Shown: positions 1 to 9,455 of the stretch, piece by piece
Layout: every line of letters begins with the position of its first letter
How positions within the stretch are numbered: position 1 is the stretch's first letter
Assembly (NCBI GenBank): GCA_963781585.1
Contig: CAWAGQ010000008.1
Coordinates: forward strand, 192,001 to 256,000
Direction of reading: 5' to 3'
Length of the DNA: 64,000 bases
Source: an uncultured Gemmatimonadaceae bacterium
GTDB lineage: Bacteria > Gemmatimonadota > Gemmatimonadetes > Gemmatimonadales > Gemmatimonadaceae
Position numbers and translations under genes: made by a program
The notes under the pieces: generated by a model
Seen by the model: the letters and a program-made list of their open reading frames with translations, nothing else
Told to the model about the DNA's origin: nothing
Databases searched by the model: none

Positions 1-2188
1 ACGTTCCGGGCGATGGCGTGGAGTAGGTCACAATGTGGTCGCTGGATTCGATCCACCCGTCGCTCAGTCCTTCCAGCCGGTAGCGATACCGCGGCGCCGG
101 TCCGGCGGCGAAGGTCAGGGCGGCGAAATCGATCGTGAACGCGCGGTCGCCCGGCGCGAGTCGCAGTGGCGAGGCGGCGGCGATCGGCACGTCGGTGATC
201 GCCTGCTGCGCGACCGTGCGCAGGCGCGTGAAGACGATCGGCGGTGCATCGGGGCCGCCGGTCGCGGCCTCCGGACGGAATCGCGTCAATCCCTCGACCC
301 CGCCGAATACCATCTCGCCGTCCCGCAGCCGCAGCGCGGCCCGCCGATTGAACTCGCCGCTCAGCACCCCGTCCTGCCGGCGATAGCGACGCGCCTCTCC
401 GGTCGCGGGCGAGTAGTGCACCAGTCCCTGCGACGTGCCTAACCAGAGCCGGCCGGCGCCATCGTCCTGCACCGAGAAGACGGTCGTGTTCCGAAGTTCC
501 GGGACATCGATCGGCGTGAATCCGCGGCGCGCCGGGTCCCATCGCTGGAGCCCGTTGTGACTGGCCAGCCACAGCACGCCGTGCGCGTCGCGACGGATAT
601 CATAGATGCGCGCAGTCTCGGACGCGACCGCCTCAACGCGTTCCAGTGCGCCGATCACCCGGCCGCGCGCCACCCGCGCGCGAAACAGCGCGCCGCCGCC
701 GATCCAGAGCAACCCCGAATCGGGATCCGCGTAGACCGAAACGAGCTTCGCCGACGCCGGCACCGGCGGTCCGGTTGCGCCGCTCGCGGGATCGAAGCTC
801 ACAACATCGGACTCGGATACGAGCCAGAACCACCCGTCCTGATCCCGCGCAATCCCGAACGCCCCATGAGCCAGAGGGAAGCACGAGAAGCGACCTCCGC
901 GGAACATGCACAGCCCGTCGTTGGTCGCGACCCACAGGCGACCAGCACGATCCTCCTCGAGGCCCCACACCTCATCGGACAGGAGGCTTGTCGACACCCC
1001 CCTTTCATGGCGGAATGTCTCCACGCGACGTCCATCGGCACCGACGCGCGACACCCCTCCCCGCAGGGTTCCGATCCACAGGCTGCCGTCGTCCTGCTCG
1101 GCGAGCGCGGTCACGAAATCGCTCGCCAGGGCAAGCGACGGGCTCGAGCGATGTGACTGCCAGACGAAGGCCGGCGTGCGCGGATCGAGGCGGAGCGCTC
1201 CCGAAGCCAACGTCGCGAGCCAGATGCCACCTTCGCGATCGACCGCGATGTCCTGCGCCAGCAGACCGGTACCGAAAATCTCGGGAGAATCCCAGCGCTC
1301 GATGACCCGCCCGTGCTCATCAACGCGCGACAGCGCGCCATCGGTTGGCACCAGCACGCCGATGGAGTCGCCGAGCGCCAAAGTCCTGACCGTCTGGCTG
1401 CGAAACGCCTCGACGCTGCGGAATCGATCATGACCCGGTTCGAGCACCTCCACGCCGGCCTCGCCGGCTACCCAGATCGCGCCCGTCCGGTCCTCGAGCA
1501 TCGCGCGTGGCGTGGCGAGCGAGGCCAGTGTATACCGCCTGATCCCGCCCGTGGAAGGATCCACGCGCACCACACGGCCCACCCGCCGTCCGGTGCCGGC
1601 CAGCCAGACCGCGCCCGCGCGGCTGGTGGCGAGTACGCCGAAAGTGGCCAACGAACTGTCCGCGGCGACCGCGCGGAGGCGCGGCGCCCCGCCACCCGAC
1701 TCGATGTCTCGCAACGTGTCGCCGTCCATCAGCCACAGCCGGCCCTCCGAGTCCGGGGCCCACGCATCGCCCGGCCGGAGTGGGGTCCCGTGCGGCGCGA
1801 CGAGAACGAACCGGAGCGATCCGGCATCGCGCCTGAACAGCGCTCCCGCGGCCTGCACCCAGAGCGTCCCGCGGGGATCGAGACGCAAGCCGTCAATCAG
1901 TCCGCTGAGCTCATCCGGTGCGCCGGGATCGAGCGACGAATATCGGACGAAGGAATAGCCGTCGAATCGCTGCAGACCGCGGTCGCCCCCCAGCCAGATG
2001 AAGCCCGCCGCATCCTGCACCACCGCCGTCAGCAGATTCTGCGAGAGGCCGTCGTCCACCGTGAAGTGGTCCGCGTGCAGCGGGTGCGGCTGTGCACCGA
2101 GAGTCGCTGCGGTGCCGGGCGCCGCGAGCGTGAACCACGTGAGCAGCAGCGCACGACGCTGTGTGAGGCAACGCGCGAACGGTCGCAT
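1..2188 (-). CDS. Ligand-binding sensor protein with two-component-regulator beta-propeller repeats and Y_Y_Y domain (5' part; the signalling domain lies beyond the left edge)
   Basis: ATG at 2188 and open to the window edge. Signal peptide, then HFTVDDGLSQN...VQDAAGFIWLGGDRGLQRFDGYSF, repeated LWLGT-type blades, and TIDFAAL...RYRYRLEGLSDGWI (Y_Y_Y-like). Absent from the ORF track because no stop lies inside the window. Confidence 0.85.
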   Translation of the reverse strand, partial: MRPFARCLTQRRALLLTWFTLAAPGTAATLGAQPHPLHADHFTVDDGLSQNLLTAVVQDAAGFIWLGGDRGLQRFDGYSFVRYSSLDPGAPDELSGLIDGLRLDPRGTLWVQAAGALFRRDAGSLRFVLVAPHGTPLRPGDAWAPDSEGRLWLMDGDTLRDIESGGGAPRLRAVAADSSLATFGVLATSRAGAVWLAGTGRRVGRVVRVDPSTGGIRRYTLASLATPRAMLEDRTGAIWVAGEAGVEVLEPGHDRFRSVEAFRSQTVRTLALGDSIGVLVPTDGALSRVDEHGRVIERWDSPEIFGTGLLAQDIAVDREGGIWLATLASGALRLDPRTPAFVWQSHRSSPSLALASDFVTALAEQDDGSLWIGTLRGGVSRVGADGRRVETFRHERGVSTSLLSDEVWGLEEDRAGRLWVATNDGLCMFRGGRFSCFPLAHGAFGIARDQDGWFWLVSESDVVSFDPASGATGPPVPASAKLVSVYADPDSGLLWIGGGALFRARVARGRVIGALERVEAVASETARIYDIRRDAHGVLWLASHNGLQRWDPARRGFTPIDVPELRNTTVFSVQDDGAGRLWLGTSQGLVHYSPATGEARRYRRQDGVLSGEFNRRAALRLRDGEMVFGGVEGLTRFRPEAATGGPDAPPIVFTRLRTVAQQAITDVPIAAASPLRLAPGDRAFTIDFAALTFAAGPAPRYRYRLEGLSDGWIESSDHIVTYSTPSPGT

Positions 2189-2409
2189 GATGGGCCGGGC
2201 GAAGATGACCACCGCATCATCGCCCGGCAAGCGTGCGGGAAATTCTCCCGGCTGCGGCATCCGGGCAACACCCTGCGTCGGTGCGGCAGCAACGCGAACG
2301 CGTCATGCGCCACCTGCCGTACGTCCACACCTTGGCAGGCGGGCGACGAGCGGGGACCGAAGGCGCCGGTCGTCGCGGCCTCCAGTCCGACCGACGAGGA
2401 ACGCGCACC

Positions 2410-4635
2410 ATGGCAGCCTGCCGATCCCATTCCGTGGCACTCTGTTGTTTCCTGCTCGTCGTAGGGGCGACCGGCGGTTGCGGCGGCGGGGACAGCGGCG
2501 GGCCGGCGGCCCCCGCGACCGTCGCCGCGGTGATCGTGTCGCCCGGGTCGGCGACCTTGCTTCCGGACGACACGCTGCGCCTGACCGCGAGCCCCGTGGA
2601 CTCCCACGGATCGGCCGTCAGCGGGAAGAATCCGACCTGGTCGTCGAACGCCACGGCGGTGGCGACGGTTTCGTCGTCAGGCACCGTGACGGCTCTCGCG
2701 CCCGGCGTGGCCTCGATCAGCGCGACCGTCGATGGCAAAAGCGGCAGTGCGACGATCACGGTGAATGACCCCGGCCCGCGGATTGTCCTGGACGCCGCCT
2801 CGGCATCGGAAACCATCGGGTCGGCGGGCGGCACCGTGAGCGTCACGTCCGCCGACGGCGTGCACTACACGCTCACTGTTCCACCGGGCGCGCTGCTCAC
2901 ATCGCAGCAGATCACCATGACGCCCGTTGTGAGTGTCCGGAAGCTGGGCCTCACCGGCGGCCTGGTGGGGGGCGTGGACTTTCAGCCCAGCGGACTGCAC
3001 TTCGCGAAGGCGGCGCAGCTGCGCATCGAGATCCGGCAGCGTCCGCCAGCGGGACTTCGACTGATCGGGTTGACCTTCGAGGGAGACGCGAACCCACCCG
3101 ATCTCTCACCCGCGGCCGATAGCGGCACGGTCGCGCTGTTGCCGATCGCCCATTTCAGCGTTGGGGTCGCCGGCTTCGGCACGACCGCTGACGTCCGGGC
3201 GATCGCCGCCGCCGGTGCTGCTTTGACATCATCGGGCAAGTTCTACACCGACTCTCTGATCGTGCTCTCGGGCGACTCGACGACCAGCCAGCAAGCGTAC
3301 ACCGATGTTCTTCGGGCATGGTTCACCAACGTCGTGCTCCCACTCTTCCAGAACGCGACCACCGACGCGCAGCTCGTCCTCGCGCTGAGCGAACTCCACT
3401 GGTGGGGGACCGACACCCCGCTCGCGATCGGAATCGCTTCTCCCACGCCGGCTACGTATCCCAACGAATTCGCGCAGCTCGAACCCATCGTTGCCGCGAA
3501 GATCGGAGACGCGATCGACGGGAACAACACGGTCTGTCGCGACAACCAGAGCTTCTCAGCGTTGGCCAACGTCCTCTTCTGGGCCGATCAGGCAACCGCC
3601 CTCGGCGTCGCCACTCCCGCCTTCAATCTGGACTGGGCATCGATTCGCGCGGGACTGTGTGTCGACATCGTCCTCGTGGCCGACACCCTGCCCGACCCGC
3701 TGGTGGTCGGTACGCCGTACAGCCTGGTCACCGTGTTCGGCGTGCAGTTCCTGCAGAACGGCACGCCACAGGACGCCGCGTTCGCGATGTCGCTCCCAAC
3801 GACGTCCAACGTGCTCGACATCGCGAACCCCTCCGGCAACACCAACCTGCAGGGTCTCTATACGACCGTGGTCACGCCGCTTGCCGCCGGCGACGCGTCC
3901 ATCGTGCCCACCGCCTGCCTCATCATGCCCGGCACCCTAACGCCGACCAGCATTTGTGGGTCCCGGGAGTTGACCCGCACGTCGGTCGACGAGCTGAAAC
4001 TCCCTGGGACGTTGCCCGATGGCAAGCTCGGTGTCGCCTACTCGGCGGCGCTGTTTCCCACCGGCGGCAATGGCACCTACGCCTTCAGCCTCGCCTCAGG
4101 CCAGCTTCCGCCCGGTGTGAACATCTCGCCGTCCGGAGTGTTCTCGGGAACGCCAACGCTGCTTGGGCCCTTCTTCTTCACGGTGCGCGTGACGAGCGGC
4201 GGCCAGACTATTGAGAAGAGCTTCTCGATCACCATCGCCTCCCCACCGCCAGCTCCGCTGCACGCGGGCGCCTGGGAGAAGGACTCGCATATCTGGCTCG
4301 TGCATTGCTGCGGGGTAGTGGTCCCGCAGATGCGAGGCATCCGGCTGGAGATCTATTTCCCCGGCGACGGCACCACGCATCTCCGGGCTTTCCAGCCACC
4401 GGTGAGCCCCGGTGACACTCCAGCCTGGGACGTTGAGATCACGTCGACCAACGGCACGGATTTCACTGGAGCGAGCGCTTCCATCCCCGCGCCATTCGCC
4501 TGGGAGGGAGCGAGCCTGACGGTGCAGGGGTCGGAGCTGAGCGATGGGACGCTCTCGATATCGTGGACGCTCACGATCCCGGGTGTGGGCTTCGCCGAGG
4601 GGAGCCCGTCGCCGGACATCATTCCGCCCGGGTAG
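2410..4635 (+). CDS. Surface lipoprotein: Big_2 Ig-like domain, ZU5-like domain with HFS motif, helical region and putative Ig domain
   Basis: GAGG RBS before ATG 2410. Lipobox-like GATGGC. VAAVIVSP...TWSSNATAVATVSSSGTVTA (Big_2). TIGSAGG...LTVPPGAL...ITMTPV...FQPSGLHF...IAHFS (ZU5-like). LPDGKLGVAYS...GQLPPGVNISPSGVFSGTPT (He_PIG-like). Confidence 0.8.
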   Translation: MAACRSHSVALCCFLLVVGATGGCGGGDSGGPAAPATVAAVIVSPGSATLLPDDTLRLTASPVDSHGSAVSGKNPTWSSNATAVATVSSSGTVTALAPGVASISATVDGKSGSATITVNDPGPRIVLDAASASETIGSAGGTVSVTSADGVHYTLTVPPGALLTSQQITMTPVVSVRKLGLTGGLVGGVDFQPSGLHFAKAAQLRIEIRQRPPAGLRLIGLTFEGDANPPDLSPAADSGTVALLPIAHFSVGVAGFGTTADVRAIAAAGAALTSSGKFYTDSLIVLSGDSTTSQQAYTDVLRAWFTNVVLPLFQNATTDAQLVLALSELHWWGTDTPLAIGIASPTPATYPNEFAQLEPIVAAKIGDAIDGNNTVCRDNQSFSALANVLFWADQATALGVATPAFNLDWASIRAGLCVDIVLVADTLPDPLVVGTPYSLVTVFGVQFLQNGTPQDAAFAMSLPTTSNVLDIANPSGNTNLQGLYTTVVTPLAAGDASIVPTACLIMPGTLTPTSICGSRELTRTSVDELKLPGTLPDGKLGVAYSAALFPTGGNGTYAFSLASGQLPPGVNISPSGVFSGTPTLLGPFFFTVRVTSGGQTIEKSFSITIASPPPAPLHAGAWEKDSHIWLVHCCGVVVPQMRGIRLEIYFPGDGTTHLRAFQPPVSPGDTPAWDVEITSTNGTDFTGASASIPAPFAWEGASLTVQGSELSDGTLSISWTLTIPGVGFAEGSPSPDIIPPG

Positions 4636-4805
4636 ACGTCGGCCCGGACTGCAGCGGAAGGCCTGCAAGTAGAGCCAGCACGATCCGAGTGCTGTTCGCT
4701 GCGAGCGGCGGACTGCCAGCTTAACTTGTTCGCTGAGAGCTGATCGACCGTCCGTCCCGGGACGCGCCGCACCATGCTCCCCTCAGCCTCGGCGAACGCG
4801 CCGCA

Positions 4806-7800
4806 TTGCGACTCACTGGCACCGACCTCGTCCTCTCGGCAACCGACCTCTCCAACTTCCTCGGCTGCCGCCATCGTACCGCGCTCGACCTGGCGGCGGC
4901 GATGGGAGCTCGGGACCGCCCCTACCGCCATGATCCGCTCCTCGTCCTCCTCCGGAAGCTGGGTGAGGAGCACGAGGCCGCGCATCTCCGGTCCGTCGAG
5001 CACGACGGCCTGCCGGTCGTCCGCCTCGGCGACGTCCAGGATCGCGACGAGCGGCTGGCGCGCACGCTCGACGCGATGCGCGCCGGTGCGCCGGTCATCG
5101 CCCAGGGCGCGTTAGGCGATGACCGCTGGTTCGGATACGCCGACATTCTCCGGCGGGTGGAACGTCGCAGCGACCTTGGCGAGTGGTCGTACGAGGTCGC
5201 GGACACCAAGCTGGCGCGCGACACCCGCGCCGGGACGATTCTGCAGCTCGGTCTCTACTCGGCGATGCTGGCGGCCATCCAGGGGTCCCGCCCCGAGTAC
5301 TTCCACGTCATCACGCCCGACCCGGTCACGCCCGCCCACACGTTTCGCGTGGATGACTTCGCGGCCTACTTCCGCTTCGTCCGCCGCCAGATGATCGATG
5401 CTGTCGCCGATGAATACCCGGCGATGCTCGCCGCCAACTACCCCGATCCCGTCGAGCACTGCGAGGTGTGCCCGTGGGATCCGGAGTGCCGGGAGAAGCG
5501 TCGCGCCGACGATCATCTCTCGCTCGTAGCCGGGATCACGCGGCTGCAACGGCGGGAACTGGAGAGCAGGAGCGTCTCCACGCTCACGCAGCTCGCCGGC
5601 CTGCCGGTGCCGCTCCCGTTCAGGCCGCGTCGTGGATCCGTGGAGACCTACGTTCGCGTGCGCGAGCAGGCGAGGGTGCAGCTCGACTCACGCGGACGGA
5701 CGCCGCCACTGCACGAGTTGCGTGAGGTCACGATCGGAGAAGGGTTGTGCCGTCTTCCCGAGCCGTCGCCGGGCGATCTGTTTCTCGACCTCGAAGGCGA
5801 CCACTTCGCAATCAGCAGCGACTCCGACGCCGGGCCAGATCAACGGCGCGGACGCGAGTACCTCTTCGGTCTGGTCCGCGCCGGTGCCGATCGGAACCCT
5901 GACTACCTCAGGTGGTGGGCGTTCGACGAGCGCGAGGAGCGTGCCGCGTTCGAAGAGGTCATTGACCTGATCATAGCGGCTTTGCGCGACAACCCGTCGA
6001 TGCACGTCTACCACTACGCACCGTACGAGCCGTCGGCATTCAAGCGGCTGATGGGTCGCTATGCGACGCGCGCCGAGGAACTGGATCGTTTGCTGCGCGG
6101 TGGTCGCTTTGTCGATCTCTACGCCATCGTCCGACAGGCGATGTGGGCCGGCGTGGAGAGTTACTCGATCAAGCGACTGGAGCCGCTTTACGGCTTCACC
6201 CGCGACGTCGACCTCGGCCGCGCCAACCAAAGCCTTGCGGCGATGGAGCAGGCTCTGTGGCTGGGGCAGGCGAGGGAGCTCCCTCGTGAGGCGCGCGACG
6301 TGGTGGAGGGATACAATCGCGACGACTGCGTCTCGACGCTTCGCCTTCGCGAGTGGCTGGAGCGCGTGCGGGAGGAAGCAGTCGCCGGCGGCGCGGAGGT
6401 GCCCCGCCCGGTGGCCTCGGGCGATGCGGCCGAGCGAGCGAGGTCACCGCCCGCGATGCGCGTGTGACTGGGTTGCGCGCGCGACTGCTTGCGGACGTTC
6501 CGGAGACGCCGAGCGAACGCACCGAGGAGCAGCATGCACGATACATCCTGGCGTACCTGCTCGACTGGCATCGGCGCGAGGACAAGGCAACCTGGTGGGA
6601 GTACTTTCGCCTGCGTGATCTGGCGGAAGAGGATCTGTTCGACGAGCCGCAGGCCGTGGCCGGGATGCGCTTCGTGGAGCGGGTCGAGGTGGTGCGGCGC
6701 AAGAAGGGCGGACGGCCGACCGGCTCGGTGATCGATCGCTACGAGTTTCCGTCACAGGAAATGGAGATACGGCGAGGAGCGGAACTCCACCTGCTCACCG
6801 CTGACGCTGAGAACGCGGATACCGACGAAGGGTCCCGCGGCAGGTCCCGCACCAGCGGGACCAGGTTTGGCGAGGTCGTGAAAGTCGATCGGGCCGCGCA
6901 AACGATCGACGTGAAGAAGGGCCCCACGCAGGCGGAGAATCATCCATCGGCCGTCTTCGCGCATAAACACATCTCGGCCCAGATCCTTGAGGACGCGATC
7001 TTCCGCATCGGCGAGCGCAGCGCCCAGGACGGGCGAGTGGACGCCGGATCGTCATCGGCCGCGCGCGATCTCTTGCTCGCACGCACACCGCGACTCCATG
7101 GCGCCACCTTCGCATCGCGCGACGGCGAGCCCGTCACCGACTGCGCCGTCCGACTCGCCGGCGATCTCGACCACACGGTGCTGGCCATCCAGGGGCCGCC
7201 TGGTTCCGGGAAGACGTACACGGGTGCACGGATGATCTGTGCCCTGGTGACGAAGGGGAGGAAAGTCGGCGTCACTGCGAACAGCCACAAGGTGATCCGC
7301 AATCTGCTCGATGCGGTCGCGGAGGAAGCGGCACGGCAGAGCATTAATGTTCGGCCCTCGCACAAGGTGAATGATGGCGCCGATGACGACGACGATCGCG
7401 CTGACGGCGACGACGGTCACGCGATGACCGTTCGCGAAGTGGGTGACAATGGCGAAGCGCTTCGCCAGCTGGAGTCGGGCGATGCCAACGTGCTCGGTGG
7501 CACTGCCTGGCTCTGGTCACGGTCGGAATTCGCAGGCTCGGTGGACGTGCTGTTCGTCGATGAGGCCGCGCAGATGTCGCTCGCGAACGCCGTCGCCGCC
7601 TCGCACGCCGCGAACAGCGTCGTCCTGCTGGGCGATCCCCAGCAGCTCGCGCAGCCAATCAAGGGCAGTCACCCCGACGGCGCCGGCGTCTCGGCGCTCG
7701 AACACATGCTGGGCGGGCACAAGACCATGCCGCCGGATCGCGGCCTCTTCCTGCCCGTCACCTGGCGGCTCGCGCCGAGCATCTGCGCGTTCACGTCCGA

Positions 7801-8377
7801 GCTGTTCTATGAATCGCGTCTCCAGTCGAAAGCCGGATTGGAGCTACAGCGGCTCGTGGGCGCGTTCGAGGGCGCGGGCCTCTGGCTGGCGGAGGTGGAT
7901 CACGACGGGAACCGCAACTCCTCGCAGGAGGAAATCGACATCGTCGCTGATCTCGTGCAGCGCCTGACGTCGCCCGGCGTGCAATGGGTGAACGAGAAGG
8001 GCGAGGCCGCACAACTGAAAGGCGAGAACATCCTGGTGGTGGCGCCGTACAACGCACAGGTAAGTCGCCTCGCCGAGCAGCTCGCGGGTACCGGTGCGCG
8101 GGTCGGGACCGTGGACAGGTTCCAGGGGCAAGAGGCGCCGGTCGTCATCTATTCGATGGCCACGTCGCGACCCGAGGATGCCCCACGCGGAATGGAGTTT
8201 CTGTACAGCCTCAACCGGCTCAACGTGGCGACGTCACGGGCGCGGTGCGCGGCCATCCTCGTGGCGAGTCCCCGGTTGTTCGAGCCGGAGTGCGGGACTC
8301 CGCGCCAGATGAAGCTGGCCAATGCACTGTGCCGGTTCCGGGAGCTGGCGCGGCAGGTGCAGGAAGCCGCGACATGA
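4806..8377 (+). pseudogene. TM0106-family RecB-like nuclease fused to an RNase H-like exonuclease and SF1 (Dna2/Upf1-like) helicase, split by one frameshift near 6430-6445
   Basis: ORF 4806-6467 has LSATDL, GYADIL...YEVADTK (PD-(D/E)xK), CEVCPWDPEC and FLDLEG...HVYHYAPYE...YNRDDC. ORF 6353-8377 has GPPGSGKT, DEAAQ, LLGDPQQL, GTVDRFQGQE and NRLNVATSRA. The two overlap in different frames. Confidence 0.85.
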
Positions 8378-9236
8378 TCCGGCACGAACAGCTTGCGGTA
8401 TTTCGACAGGTCGCCGCGAACGACTCCGGAACGAGGCTCGATGGGCCCTTCCCACCGTCCTGGTTGCGCTCATGATGCTCGCCGCAACGGCGGTGGCGCG
8501 GGGAGATGGCGGACCTGGACGCGCGCGATCGCAGGCCGGCATCAACGCGCAGCTTCTCGTCGGCCCGCTGCAGGTCCACCCGTATCGAGGTCAGCACGTT
8601 GCGCACCTCGTGGGACAGCGACGCCAGTCGCCAAGTCGATGCTGCCGACCGATGTTGGAGTGCGGGCGGCGACAACGAAGTGCTGCTTCGTGCCGCCGAC
8701 CGGTCGATCCTGCCCCACGTTCCCGCCGGGAGCCCGAACTGCCCGGTCTCCCCCGCCGGACCTCGATAGCTGCTGTGGCCTAACGCGGCGTCGCCAGCTG
8801 CGGCAGAGAATAGCGTAAACTCACCGTCGTAGGCCGCCCGCCGCCCTGGCGCGGCAGGAACCGAGAAGAGCGTCTCGGGCTTCCCACCGTCGATCGGCAC
8901 GCGCTGAACCACCGAGCCCGCCGCTGCCGTCGCAGGCAGATGCGTGTACAGATACCTCCCGTCCGCGGTCCAGTCCACGTACGACAGACTCAGATCGTAA
9001 TGGGCGACAACGCGCTCGGGGCCCCCGCTCACGGGAACGATCGCCAGGTCATGGCTCTGCGACGTACCAAGCCCCGTTTCTCTCCCGATGGCAAGCTGAT
9101 CGCCTTTGTGGTTGTCCCAGACTTCGACGCCGGGTAGCGAGGCCACCTCACGCAGCACGGGCTTCTGCGCGCCTGCGGCGAGGGGGATCATCGCGCACGC
9201 AATCATGAGGGTGCGATTCATGGCTCCGGGCTTCAT
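8374..9236 (-). pseudogene. Remnant of a secreted TolB/PD40-like propeller protein joined to a histidine-kinase H-box fragment
   Basis: GGAGG RBS before ATG 9236. Signal peptide, then LAIVPVSGGPERVV...VDWTADGRYLY...RVPIDGGKPETL. Quality decays near 8700. SHEVRNVLTSI starts at 8615. Confidence 0.5.
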
Positions 9237-9455
9237 GGGGCGGCCTCCGGGAGGATTGAGCGCCCGGGGTTGAGCGCGTCGCTCCCTTCTCCCAATCACG
9301 CCGCGTACCACGGTGGGGGCGCCACGTAACTTGCGGCCGGAACGCGAGTTGGAAAATGGGGACGGCTGTCCTTCGCAGCGGCGAGCGTCACGGTTCGTGC
9401 CGTCCGCTCGCGTCGCTCGTTACGCCGCCATGGCCGGCGCCTGCGCGCCTTGCGC

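Noticed and set aside
35..2464. Plus-strand ORFs over the first 2.4 kb
   Set aside because: They are antisense to the propeller sensor gene, which the track misses because it runs off the window.
6400..6467. Programmed -1 ribosomal frameshift in the nuclease-helicase
   Set aside because: No canonical slippery heptamer or clear stimulatory structure is visible.
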